35,727 bases of DNA from Eubacteriales bacterium (GCA_045544655.1 JAZPZL010000051.1:1-35727); one strand, 5' to 3'. Counted from the first letter of the stretch, positions 26,332-34,737 are shown. Translations and numbers: made by a program. Notes: generated by a model from the letters alone, not told the origin.

Positions 26332-27189
26332 ATGGCAAAGCCTTATCTGGTATGTATTGATTCCGACGGATGCGTTTTCGATACCATGGAGATCAAGCAC
26401 AAGGAGTGCTTCTGTCCTCCCTATATCAAGCATTTCGGCTTGCAGGCCGTTTCCAAGTACGCCCGTGAAGCTTGGGATTTTGCCAACCTGTATTCCTCTA
26501 CCCGCGGGATCCACAGACTTCTCGCGCTTCTCCGCGCACTGGACGTTTTGGAAAATCGCCGTGAGGTTCTGGAAAGAGGCTTCACCGCGCCCCGCTTGCA
26601 GTCGCTCCGCGATTACGTTGCAAGCGGTGGGAATTTAAGCAATCAAGGACTGGAGGATCATCTTGCGGCGCATCCCGAGGAAACGGAGCTCCGCACGGTT
26701 CTGGATTGGTCCTACGACGTAAACTACCGCGTAGGGGATATGGTACACGGCGTACCGCCTTTCCCTTACGTCAGAGAGTGCCTGGAGGCGCTTTCCAAGG
26801 TGGCGGATATCGTTATCGTTTCCGCAACTCCCGAGGAAGCCTTGGAGCGTGAATGGAAGGAGCACGGACTTTTCCCCCTTCTCTTTGCAGTAAAGGGTCA
26901 GGAAAGCGGTACCAAAAAGGAGATCATTGCATCTCTGAAGGGAAATTACGATCCCGATAAGATCCTGATGCTGGGCGATGCTCCCGGTGACCGGGACGCC
27001 GCTCATTTCAACGGTGCGATGTTCTATCCCATTTGCCCCGACGAAGAGGCAAAGTCCTGGGGAGCGTTCCGCGACGTGATCCCCGCATTTCTGGATGGCA
27101 AATACAAGGGCAAAATGGAAGAAGAATTCATCGCCCATTTTGAAACCATTCTCCCTGAGGAGCCCTCCTGGGAAAGAATCCAAAAGTAA
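26332..27189 (+). CDS. HAD-superfamily hydrolase
   Basis: Motif I CIDSDGCVFDT, motif III/IV region MLGDAPGDRDAA. 285 aa. Confidence 0.7.
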   Translation: MAKPYLVCIDSDGCVFDTMEIKHKECFCPPYIKHFGLQAVSKYAREAWDFANLYSSTRGIHRLLALLRALDVLENRREVLERGFTAPRLQSLRDYVASGGNLSNQGLEDHLAAHPEETELRTVLDWSYDVNYRVGDMVHGVPPFPYVRECLEALSKVADIVIVSATPEEALEREWKEHGLFPLLFAVKGQESGTKKEIIASLKGNYDPDKILMLGDAPGDRDAAHFNGAMFYPICPDEEAKSWGAFRDVIPAFLDGKYKGKMEEEFIAHFETILPEEPSWERIQK

Positions 27190-27196
27190 ATCAAAA

Positions 27197-27226
27197 ATCC
27201 GAAGCGAATACGCTTCCGATTTTTTT
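27197..27226 (+). terminator. intrinsic terminator after the HAD genes
   Basis: atccgaagcg-aata-cgcttccgat (one mismatch) followed by TTTTTT. Confidence 0.6.
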
Positions 27227-27237
27227 GCAGTGAAAAA

Positions 27238-27272
27238 TGTCATTGCGTGTCACGGCTTCTTTCGTCTATAAT
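27238..27272 (+). promoter_or_regulatory. promoter-like element, copy B of the shared 35-nt motif
   Basis: tgtcattgcgtgtcacggcttctttcgtctataat. Readable as -35 TTGCGT, 18-nt spacer, -10 TATAAT. It ends 27 nt before the terS GTG. Confidence 0.5.
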
Positions 27273-27299
27273 ACGGCAAAAATGAAAGGAGTAAAAGCC

Positions 27300-27689
27300 G
27301 TGAAAAAAATGACTGAGGACTTGGCGAAAAAGCGAATTTGCGCCTACTTCGTCTCCCGCAGGGTAGAGAAGCGGGATGCAGAGGGGAACGTTTTGGTGAA
27401 CAAAAGCGGTGAGGTCTTGTATGAAGAAAGACCCTGCACCGTGACGGGCCTTGCCCTGGCGCTGGGCTTTTCCGATCGGGAGGCGATTTTCGGCATCAAA
27501 AACAAAAAAATAAAAGTGCTCGTGGATCGAGCACTTTTGAAAATTGAAGAGGATGCGGAGGAAAAGCTCTTTTGCAAGGACACCTTCCACGGAGCAAAGC
27601 TGTTTTTGGAAACCAATTACAAGCGTTGGCAGGGAGAAGAGACTCAGGAGATCGCCGGACTTGGCGTTTGCTCCCAATGGGCGGAATAG
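27300..27689 (+). CDS. terS: phage terminase small subunit
   Basis: ...RPCTVTGLALALGFSDREAIF...DRALLKIEEDAEEKLF...GAKLFLETNY.RW matches the small-terminase (gp3-like) pattern. GTG 27300 lies 8 nt after SD aaaggag; ATG 27309 is the alternative. Confidence 0.8.
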   Translation: MKKMTEDLAKKRICAYFVSRRVEKRDAEGNVLVNKSGEVLYEERPCTVTGLALALGFSDREAIFGIKNKKIKVLVDRALLKIEEDAEEKLFCKDTFHGAKLFLETNYKRWQGEETQEIAGLGVCSQWAE

Positions 27690-28292
27690 CTACGGCTCAC
27701 GCACCAGATAAAAGGCGCCCTTGTGTATGACGATATCCGTCCATTTGCTCCCTTCGTTGCTGGTACCCAGTGTGAGGGTTGCGGGGAGCTGGGCGTGGTC
27801 CAAGGGATATTTTGCTCCGCTTACGGAGATCACGCCTGAACCTGTAAAATCGAAAAGGGAGAAATATCCCCCGTCAAAATCAAAACGGTAAGAGCCCTCC
27901 GTCAGGTAAGAAACGGAATAGTTTTCGTCTATGAGGATGCCTTGCGCGCCGTTTTCGGTTAAAAAGGCAAGAACCTGCAGATTTGCCAAGGAGTGGGAGA
28001 AGCGTTTTCCGCCCAAGGCTCCGTAAATTTTAAAAGCTCTGTAGCCCCAGCTGAGACCTTCTCTCACCGCTGCGTGAATATCCGTATCGTCTTTTACAGG
28101 GGGGAGAACCACGGTGTCGATCCCGTCGGGAGTGAAGCCCAAGGAATCCCCGTCGCCGATGAAAAGATCGGGGTGGATACCCGCTTTTTTAAGATGCTTG
28201 TAACCGGCATCTGCGGCAATGAGAAGATCTTCTTTTTCAAGATGCAAAAGGGAAGGAGAAAAATCTCCCGCTCCTACTACGTGGCAAATCAT
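27690..28292 (-). CDS. thiN: thiamine diphosphokinase
   Basis: VVGAGDF...LLIAADAGY...FIGDGDSLG...VKDDTDIH...YGALGGKRFSHSLANL is the TPK pattern. Its stop codon abuts the terS stop with a 0-nt gap. Confidence 0.8.
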   Translation of the reverse strand: MICHVVGAGDFSPSLLHLEKEDLLIAADAGYKHLKKAGIHPDLFIGDGDSLGFTPDGIDTVVLPPVKDDTDIHAAVREGLSWGYRAFKIYGALGGKRFSHSLANLQVLAFLTENGAQGILIDENYSVSYLTEGSYRFDFDGGYFSLFDFTGSGVISVSGAKYPLDHAQLPATLTLGTSNEGSKWTDIVIHKGAFYLVREP

Positions 28293-28301
28293 TGATAGCG
28301 T

Positions 28302-28949
28302 TTATCCTTTCTTGATCGTGGGAAGCTTTGCAAGGCAAAAGCCGCTGAAAGCGGTAATGAGAATTTCAGGCAGCATATAAAGTCCGTTGTATACGACGGA
28401 GTAAACGGTGGCAAGACCCGCGCCGCTGAAGGTCTTCATGACCCAGGCGGAAATGGCGAGATCCTTTGCCGCGCTTTCCGTAAAGAACCATTCTGCCCAC
28501 GCACCGTAGAAAACGGCACCGGAGATCACGTGGAAGAGGTAGCAGAGGAAAAGTCCCAGAACACTGCCCCAAACGATCGCCCATTTTTTGGAGAGGGTAT
28601 TGCGGAAGATTCCGCCGAGACCTACCGAGGTGAAGGCGAGTACGTAGTCCAGAAGCAAAATGAGAATGGCGATCCCTGCGCCCATATAGGAATCGGAGGT
28701 AGGGATGAAGAGGGCGGATACCGTCTTAAAGCCTACTGCCATTTGAAGCAGGGAAAAGACGAAGGCACTGCCCAGACCCCAGCCAAGCCCGTACATCCAG
28801 GAGATCAGAACCAGAGGCAAAAGACTTGCCAGGGTAATGGTTCCGCCGAAGGGAAGATTGAGAAAGGGGATCCATTCGGATACGAAGGAAATTGCGGTAC
28901 CCAAAGCAATGAGCATTGCCGAGGTGACCAGTTTTTGGGTTTTGTTCAT
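28302..28949 (-). CDS. thiT: energy-coupled (ECF) thiamine transporter S component
   Basis: Six-TM, 215-aa protein starting MNKTQKLVTSAMLIALGTAISFV. Directly downstream of a TPP riboswitch. SD aaggag. Confidence 0.8.
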   Translation of the reverse strand: MNKTQKLVTSAMLIALGTAISFVSEWIPFLNLPFGGTITLASLLPLVLISWMYGLGWGLGSAFVFSLLQMAVGFKTVSALFIPTSDSYMGAGIAILILLLDYVLAFTSVGLGGIFRNTLSKKWAIVWGSVLGLFLCYLFHVISGAVFYGAWAEWFFTESAAKDLAISAWVMKTFSGAGLATVYSVVYNGLYMLPEILITAFSGFCLAKLPTIKKG

Positions 28950-28964
28950 AACAAACTCCTTAAG

Positions 28965-28998
28965 AAAAAATTCGCACAGGACGGAAGTCCCGTGCGAA
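28965..28998 (-). terminator. riboswitch expression-platform terminator
   Basis: Minus strand reads GCACGGGAC-ttcc-GTCCTGTGC (one G-U) followed by GAATTTTTT, between the aptamer and the thiT SD. Confidence 0.7.
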
Positions 28999-29019
28999 CG
29001 CGAATCTGGTTCTCATAAA

Positions 29020-29100
29020 AACTCCCTACGCCGGTATTATCCATCTCAGGTTGGAGGGTTCGCGGTCTCCCGCATCTCAGCCGTTTCAACAGCACCCCTG
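29020..29100 (-). promoter_or_regulatory. TPP (THI-box) riboswitch aptamer
   Basis: Minus strand reads caGGGGTGCtgttgaaacgGCTGAGAtgcgggagaccgcgaACCCtccAACCTGAgatGGATAATACCgGCGTAGGGAgt. All conserved THI-box blocks are present. Confidence 0.9.
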
Positions 29101-29125
29101 TTTTTCCGCTCATGTGCGTGACATT

Positions 29126-29154
29126 ATCTTAGTCCTTTTTTCACGGTTTGTCAA
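29126..29154 (-). promoter_or_regulatory. sigma-A promoter of the thiT-thiN operon
   Basis: Minus strand reads TTGACA (29149-29154), 17-nt spacer, TAAGAT (29126-29131), about 25 nt upstream of the riboswitch. Confidence 0.65.
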
Positions 29155-29161
29155 GAGAAAA

Positions 29162-30529
29162 ATGAATGCAATTGAAAAATTATTGTCGTCTCTCCATCCG
29201 TTCCCGCCTCAGGAGGCGTTTTTTCGTGCCAAGGCTCGGAGGATCGCCTACGGCGGTGCCAGAGGTGGCGGAAAAAGCTTTGCCATGCGCGCCAAGCTGG
29301 TCCTGCTCGCCTTGCGCTACGGGGGGATTCAGATCCTGCTTTTGCGTCGTAGCTTTCCCGAGTTGCGGGAAAACCATATCAATCCTCTGCGCCGATGGCT
29401 CCACGGGATCGCCCATTTTCGGGAATCCACCAAGGAGTTTATTTTCCCCAACGGCTCACGGATCAAATTGGGATATCTGGCTGAGGAAGCCGACGCCCTC
29501 CAGTATCAGGGTCAGGCGTATGAGGTGATCGGGATGGAGGAAGCCACCCAATTTACCGAAAACCAGTATTACGCGATGACCGAATGCTGCCGTCTTTCGG
29601 GAGCAATGCGGGAAAAATTCGTTCCCCGTATGTACTTTACCATGAACCCGGGAGGAGTGGGTCACGCCTGGGTCAAGCGGCTTTTTATTGATCGGGACTA
29701 TCGGGAGGGGGAGTGTGCCGAGGATTACGTTTTCATCCCCTCCACGGTGTATGATAACCGCTATTTGCTGAAAGAAAATCCGGAATACGTGCGAAATCTG
29801 GAAAGCCTTCCTCCCTTGCGGCGTAAGGCGATGCTGGAGGGGGATTGGGACGCCTTCGAGGGACAGTATTTTACGGAATTTGACCGAAAACGCCACGAGA
29901 TCCCACCTTTTGAGATCCCCGGTGGCTGGCACCGCTTTGCGGCAGTGGACTACGGACTGGATATGACCTGCTGTCTGTGGTTTGCCTATCCTCCCGACCG
30001 AAGCCGACTGGTGGTCTATCGGGAGCTGCATCAGCCGGATCTGGTGCTTTCCGAAGCGGCGCGGAAAATTGCGGAGGCAACGGGAGAAGAGGAGCTGCGG
30101 TATATTGCCGCATCTCCGGACCTTGCGGGCAGACGGCAGGACCTGGGAAAAACGGGCTTTGATATTATGGCGGGGGGAGGCCTTAAGGGGCTTGTTCCCG
30201 CAGACAACAGCCGCATTCCGGGCTGGCGGCGCATACGGGAATTTTTGAGAGCGGAAGGGGAGGAGGGCGCTTATTTCGGTATTTTTTCTTCCTGTCCCAA
30301 TCTTCTCCGCACTTTGCCCCGATTGACCTTCGACTCCGTGCATACCGAGGATGCCGCCTTGACTCCTCACGAGATCACCCACGCCCCCGATGCTCTGCGG
30401 TACGGACTTGCCTCCTTGAGCTTCTTGCCGGGACAAAGGGTGGAAAGCGCGGAGCGGATCCGAGATCTGCGGGCGGAGTTTTTCGGAAAGAAGGAGCGGT
30501 CTTTGTATTTTGATTTTTTGAAAAAGTAA
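29162..30529 (+). CDS. terL: phage terminase large subunit
   Basis: Walker A YGGARGGGKS, Walker B-like YEVIGMEEA, nuclease-domain AAVDYGLD and C-terminal HAPDALRY. 455 aa from ATG 29162. The listed 29051 start lies inside the riboswitch. Confidence 0.85.
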   Translation: MNAIEKLLSSLHPFPPQEAFFRAKARRIAYGGARGGGKSFAMRAKLVLLALRYGGIQILLLRRSFPELRENHINPLRRWLHGIAHFRESTKEFIFPNGSRIKLGYLAEEADALQYQGQAYEVIGMEEATQFTENQYYAMTECCRLSGAMREKFVPRMYFTMNPGGVGHAWVKRLFIDRDYREGECAEDYVFIPSTVYDNRYLLKENPEYVRNLESLPPLRRKAMLEGDWDAFEGQYFTEFDRKRHEIPPFEIPGGWHRFAAVDYGLDMTCCLWFAYPPDRSRLVVYRELHQPDLVLSEAARKIAEATGEEELRYIAASPDLAGRRQDLGKTGFDIMAGGGLKGLVPADNSRIPGWRRIREFLRAEGEEGAYFGIFSSCPNLLRTLPRLTFDSVHTEDAALTPHEITHAPDALRYGLASLSFLPGQRVESAERIRDLRAEFFGKKERSLYFDFLKK

Positions 30530-30558
30530 TTGACTCTGAATCGTTTCTTTGGTAGAAT
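30530..30558 (+). promoter_or_regulatory. sigma-A promoter for the QueG-like gene
   Basis: TTGACT (30530-30535), 17-nt spacer, TAGAAT (30553-30558). It starts immediately after the terL stop codon (30527-30529). Confidence 0.6.
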
Positions 30559-30574
30559 TCCAAAGGAGGGTATT

Positions 30575-31372
30575 ATGCTGAGAACCTTTTTTGAACAGGA
30601 AAAAATTGAATATTTTACACCGCTGTCTCCCGAGGATATTACCCTTTGGGATCGGGAGAAGTATGAGCGTATCCAGTCCCAAATCGGCAAAATCAAAAGC
30701 GTAGTGGTCTTTCTCATTCCCTATCATGCAGGGCAAAAAACCACCAATTTATCCGTTTATGCCCAGGTGAAGGATTATCATCTGTACCTGCGGGAGCTGT
30801 CTGCTCGTCTGGATGCCTTTTTGAAGGAAAAGGGGGCTTGTGTTGCCTTCCGTGGCTTTGCGGATTCCTCCCCTCTGGCAGAGCGGGAGACCGCACTTGC
30901 GGCGGGACTGGGCGTAATGGGGGAAAACGGGCTTCTCATCCATCCCAAATACGGCTCCTTCTTTTTCATCGGCGCATTCTTTTTCACCGAGGAATTGATG
31001 CCAAGTGAGCCGAAAAGAGAAACGGAAAAATGCCTTTCTTGCGGTGCCTGTAAAAATGCTTGTCCCACGGGTGCCATCTATGACCCCAAGCGGGAAAGGT
31101 GCCTGTCTCTCATTTCTCAGAAGAAAAATCGCACCCCCGAAGAGGATGCGCTCCTGGAAAAGGCGGATTGCAAATGGGGCTGTGATCTTTGTCAGAACGT
31201 GTGTCCCATGAATCAAAGCGCCGCCCTGACCCCCATTCCCTTTTTCCAAAGGGATCATATTACCGAGTTGACCCCGGAGGCGGCAGAGCTGCCGAAGGAG
31301 GAATTTCTTTCCCGCGCCTTTTCCTGGCGGGGCAGAGAGATCATCCGCAAAAATTTAAAAAAATCGGAGTGA
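30575..31372 (+). CDS. queG: epoxyqueuosine reductase-like 4Fe-4S protein
   Basis: ADSSPLAERETALAAGLGVMGENGLLIHPKYGSFFFIG, plus CLSCGACKNACP and CKWGCDLCQNVCP. SD aaaggaggg before ATG 30575. Shorter (265 aa) than classical QueG. Confidence 0.65.
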   Translation: MLRTFFEQEKIEYFTPLSPEDITLWDREKYERIQSQIGKIKSVVVFLIPYHAGQKTTNLSVYAQVKDYHLYLRELSARLDAFLKEKGACVAFRGFADSSPLAERETALAAGLGVMGENGLLIHPKYGSFFFIGAFFFTEELMPSEPKRETEKCLSCGACKNACPTGAIYDPKRERCLSLISQKKNRTPEEDALLEKADCKWGCDLCQNVCPMNQSAALTPIPFFQRDHITELTPEAAELPKEEFLSRAFSWRGREIIRKNLKKSE

Positions 31373-31392
31373 ATCTTCACTCCGATTTTTTT
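31357..31392. terminator. bidirectional intrinsic terminator
   Basis: aaaaaaaTCGGAGTGAAtcTTCACTCCGAttttttt. It overlaps the ends of both convergent genes. Confidence 0.75.
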
Positions 31393-31784
31393 CATTTTAA
31401 ATGATAGCCCGTTACGGTAACGGTGGCACTCAGGTTGTCCAGATCGTCCGTCACGTCCACGCGATAGCACGCCGTGGTCCTTCCCTCTTTTATACAAGAG
31501 GCCTTTGCGATCAGCTTCGTTCCTTTTGCGGGGGTGAGAAAAGAAATGTCGGAGCGTAGTGAAACGCATCCCCACTGATCGTGGTTTGCCGCTACGGCAA
31601 AAGCAAAATCCGCCAGCATAAAGTAGGTTCCGCCCATCACGGCTCCCATTGCGTTTCGGTGGGAATCGGTGATCTTAAGACTACAGACCGCGCTATGCTC
31701 TCCGATGGCGTCGATCACCGCTCCGTTTTCCGTTGCAAAACGGTCATTTTCAAAAATTTTTCTGACTTCTTCCAATGTTTTCAT
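31392..31784 (-). CDS. PaaI-family (hotdog-fold) thioesterase
   Basis: FENDRFATENGAVIDAIGEHSAVCSLKITDSHRNAMGAVMGGTYFMLADFAF is the 4HBT/PaaI pattern. Confidence 0.8.
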   Translation of the reverse strand: MKTLEEVRKIFENDRFATENGAVIDAIGEHSAVCSLKITDSHRNAMGAVMGGTYFMLADFAFAVAANHDQWGCVSLRSDISFLTPAKGTKLIAKASCIKEGRTTACYRVDVTDDLDNLSATVTVTGYHLK

Positions 31785-31795
31785 CGCTTGGCTCC

Positions 31796-32605
31796 TTATT
31801 TTTCACTGAAGGAAAAAACGATCTCGTTGAGCAGCTCCACCGTCAGACTTGATACCTGATATGCTCCCTCGGTATAGGTTTTATGGATCTTTTCTTCGGA
31901 GTTCAAATCGAATTTTTCATAAAATGCCTGGAAATCACTGTTTTCGATCTCCAATCCCATACAACGGTATACGTAAGTGCAAAATGCTCTGAAGTTTCCG
32001 TTTGTAAAGCTGTCGAGCTTGCGGCTCAGCCTTGTCAAGGTGATCTTACCGTTTTTATCGCTTTCGATTTTCAGCGTAAACGTATCGTTGAATTTCGTGC
32101 AATGGATGGAATAGGTATAAGCGGTACAGCCAAGATCCAGCTCGTTTTTGCTTACCTGCTTCATCTCGTAGTCGGGCAAGTCGGATAAATAAGCGTTGAA
32201 CTCGTCCATAAACGCCTTATAATCCCTCAGCTTGTCTCTGTTTTTGAGCTGAGCCTGAAATGCTTTGTAATAAGAGTCGGAGGCTTTGTATAGATGAAAG
32301 TCTGCAAGGATCCTTCGCGTGCTTTTCAGGGAATCCGTATTGTTGATTTCAAGGAGCGCCAGGATATTGTTTCTGTGTTTCGTCATTGCGTATCCTAGGG
32401 CCGTATCGTCGGGAATGGAGATGCCCTCGATCTTCTCTTTTGCTTTTTCTATGGTGATCTTTTCCTCCAAAAGCTGATCCACCGCCTTCAGCAGTGCTTC
32501 TCTGGCTTTTTCATCTTCAGCCTTTTTGGCACAACCGAAGAGAGAAGCTACCGCCAAAACGGCAAGGATCAAAACGGATGATCTGAGGAAAAACTTTTTT
32601 ATCAT
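31796..32605 (-). CDS. lipoprotein, unknown function
   Basis: Lipobox AVASLFG-C. 269 aa, K/E-rich. Confidence 0.6.
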   Translation of the reverse strand: MIKKFFLRSSVLILAVLAVASLFGCAKKAEDEKAREALLKAVDQLLEEKITIEKAKEKIEGISIPDDTALGYAMTKHRNNILALLEINNTDSLKSTRRILADFHLYKASDSYYKAFQAQLKNRDKLRDYKAFMDEFNAYLSDLPDYEMKQVSKNELDLGCTAYTYSIHCTKFNDTFTLKIESDKNGKITLTRLSRKLDSFTNGNFRAFCTYVYRCMGLEIENSDFQAFYEKFDLNSEEKIHKTYTEGAYQVSSLTVELLNEIVFSFSEK

Positions 32606-32656
32606 TTTTTTCTCCTTAGCTTTCAGTTATAAAACGGGGGGGAATTCGTTTTGGTT

Positions 32657-33391
32657 TTACAGCCTTCCCAGATATTTCATCAGGGGGACGGGATCGTTGG
32701 CGGTGATGAGATCCGCGCCCATTTCAATGCACATTTTTACGTCTTCTTCATTGTCCGCGCAATAAAAGTGCATAGGCAGACCTTTGGAGATGAAGTGATG
32801 AGCCGCTTCGGATCTGGCAACCTTCAGGCTGATGCCCATCTCCTTGTAATAGTCGTAGCTGTCCGCTTCAAATTCCTGCATCAGAAGGTCGGGATAGCCC
32901 ATGGTACGACCGTCGTAGCGTGTCTTGAGATATTTGATGATGCGGGCGTTGAAGGCGTAGAAATAGCAGGTATCGAAAAAGCCGTACTTTTTCAGAAGGG
33001 CAACGGTAAGATCCACGTTTTCCTCCGTGTATTCTTTGATCTCTACACCCAGCTTGATGCCGGGATGGTGCTCCTTGCAATACTGCAAAAGCTCCTCCAG
33101 GGTGGGAACGGTCAGTCCCATTCCCGCATATTTTTCACCGAATTTTTCACGGTAGCAGGGTTCAAGCTTCTTTACCTCTTCAAGGCTCATTTCGCTGATC
33201 AGCTTTGCTACGCCGCAGGTGCGGGCGGCATTTCCGTCGTGCATCAGAACGGGTACCTTGTCCGTGGTGAGCCATACGTCAAATTCAATGGCATCCACGC
33301 CCAGCTCCATTGCCTTGATATAGGAGAGCATGGTGTTTTCGGGATACTTTGCCGCCCAGCCCCGATGGCCTTCTACAACGATGTTTTTCAT
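32657..33391 (-). CDS. glycerophosphodiester phosphodiesterase family protein
   Basis: VEGHRGWAAKYPENTMLSYIKAMELGVDAIEFDVWLTTDKVPVLMHD. ATG 33391 has SD gaggtaaaag. Confidence 0.85.
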   Translation of the reverse strand: MKNIVVEGHRGWAAKYPENTMLSYIKAMELGVDAIEFDVWLTTDKVPVLMHDGNAARTCGVAKLISEMSLEEVKKLEPCYREKFGEKYAGMGLTVPTLEELLQYCKEHHPGIKLGVEIKEYTEENVDLTVALLKKYGFFDTCYFYAFNARIIKYLKTRYDGRTMGYPDLLMQEFEADSYDYYKEMGISLKVARSEAAHHFISKGLPMHFYCADNEEDVKMCIEMGADLITANDPVPLMKYLGRL

Positions 33392-33396
33392 ATCTT

Positions 33397-34725
33397 TTAC
33401 CTCATATCCTCTAAAATAGTTGCGGAGAATTCTTCCTCCAGACCCAGATCCCAAAGGAGACGGGACAACACGTATTTGTCACGAATATCGGCGGTGAAAC
33501 GGAAGGTCTCCGTGGAAAGCCGGTTTTCCACGCCTACCTCCGCAGGGGTCATGGGAAGACCGATCTTTCTGTAAAGCGCTTCCAGCTGCTCGGCGGAGGG
33601 AACCTCCTCCCGAACGATGGTAAGGATGCGCTCCCAATGAGAGAGAATGATCTCCAGTCTTTTTTCATGGAGAGCGGGATCGTATTTCTTTTCTTTTCTT
33701 TCCAGCTCGATCATCGGCTCGGCACTGCTTCCGAGAAAGGCGCGGAGAGCGGCGTTATGCTCGTCCATCGAATAGCCTCTTGCGTGCTTCAAAGCCACGT
33801 CTCTGTCGGGAACAGCCTTCAAAAGACGGGCGTACAGACGGGCGGCAATGAGCGTTCCTACCGCGCACTGCGTTCCGTGGAGATCGGATTTTTCACCTCG
33901 CTCCAAGGCGCGCATTTCCCAAACGTGGGAAATATAGTGTTCCACACCGGAGGCGGGGCGGGAAACGCCTGCGTAGGACATTGCTATACCGCCCAGAACC
34001 AGACCGCGGAAGACGGCTTCTACCGCATCTTCGTCACGGGCAAGGAGGGCGTCCGCATTATCCACGCACTTTTTCAGGGCATCTCGCACCAGTTGGGCAA
34101 TGGCTTCACAGTAATACTCCCCCGTAACGAGAGCGCCGATGCGCCATTCGCAGATACTGATATATTTTGCCAGCATATCCCCAAGTCCTGCGCGGAGCAT
34201 TTTCATCGGGGCGTTTTTGAGAATATCCGTATCACCGATGAGAACGCTTGCACAGCGGGAGGGAAGGGAGACCTTCACGCCGCGGCGCACCATGGAAGAG
34301 GTCTCGGAGGCAAAGCCGTCCATAGAGGGAGCGGTTGCCACGGTGATGAGGGGGATCTTCGCCGTGTAGGCAAGGAGCTTGGAAAGATCTCCGATCACGC
34401 CGCTTCCGATGGCGATCACGCAGTCGCAGGAAGGGCTGAAGTGGAGAATGACCTCTCCCATAGCGTGTTCGTCAGGCTCGGGCTTTTCGGAGGAGAGGAT
34501 GCATTCCCCAAAGGGGATCTCCGCTCCCTTCAAAAGTGCCGTAACTTTTTCTCCTGCCGCCTTGTAGGTGTTGGGGTCGGAAAGGAGAAAGGGTTTTTCC
34601 AGCTTTCTTTCCTTGAGAATTTCGGGGAGCTTGGAAATCACTCCCTTGCCCGACAGGATCTGCTCTACCTTGCTTTGGTGGAGCTTACCGCAAGCGGGAC
34701 AGGGAGAATTGGGTTGAAAGTTCAT
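33397..34725 (-). CDS. sn-glycerol-1-phosphate dehydrogenase family protein (AraM/EgsA-like)
   Basis: IGSGVIGD, TAPSMDGFASE, AGLGDMLAKY, SRPASGVEHYISH, HGTQCAVG and DIRDKY blocks align by eye with B. subtilis AraM. Confidence 0.75.
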   Translation of the reverse strand: MNFQPNSPCPACGKLHQSKVEQILSGKGVISKLPEILKERKLEKPFLLSDPNTYKAAGEKVTALLKGAEIPFGECILSSEKPEPDEHAMGEVILHFSPSCDCVIAIGSGVIGDLSKLLAYTAKIPLITVATAPSMDGFASETSSMVRRGVKVSLPSRCASVLIGDTDILKNAPMKMLRAGLGDMLAKYISICEWRIGALVTGEYYCEAIAQLVRDALKKCVDNADALLARDEDAVEAVFRGLVLGGIAMSYAGVSRPASGVEHYISHVWEMRALERGEKSDLHGTQCAVGTLIAARLYARLLKAVPDRDVALKHARGYSMDEHNAALRAFLGSSAEPMIELERKEKKYDPALHEKRLEIILSHWERILTIVREEVPSAEQLEALYRKIGLPMTPAEVGVENRLSTETFRFTADIRDKYVLSRLLWDLGLEEEFSATILEDMR

Positions 34726-34737
34726 TTTTTACCTCGT

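Noticed and set aside
25352-26338. N-terminal 329 codons of the listed 589-aa ORF 24569..26338
   Set aside because: This part is antisense to the Cof-type HAD gene and crosses its promoter. The AraC protein is complete from ATG 25351 (or 25288), with an SD.
29111-29125. gtgcgtgaca upstream of terL, resembling the TTGCGTGTCA core of the shared motif
   Set aside because: The match is short and imperfect, with no conserved TTTCGT/-10 block at the right distance. The segment is already accounted for as the region around the thiT transcription start.
29051-29161. Upstream extension of the terL ORF (TTG 29051)
   Set aside because: The extension runs through the TPP riboswitch aptamer and the thiT promoter on the other strand. 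Terminase homology starts at MNAIEKLL (ATG 29162).
32382-32420. Possible third copy of the shared promoter motif (gtcattgcgtatc)
   Set aside because: Only about 12 of 13 nt of the core match, with no TGTCA repeat pair and no -10-like hexamer. It lies inside the lipoprotein CDS on the antisense strand, arising from the codons for Y-A-M-T. It is consistent with chance.
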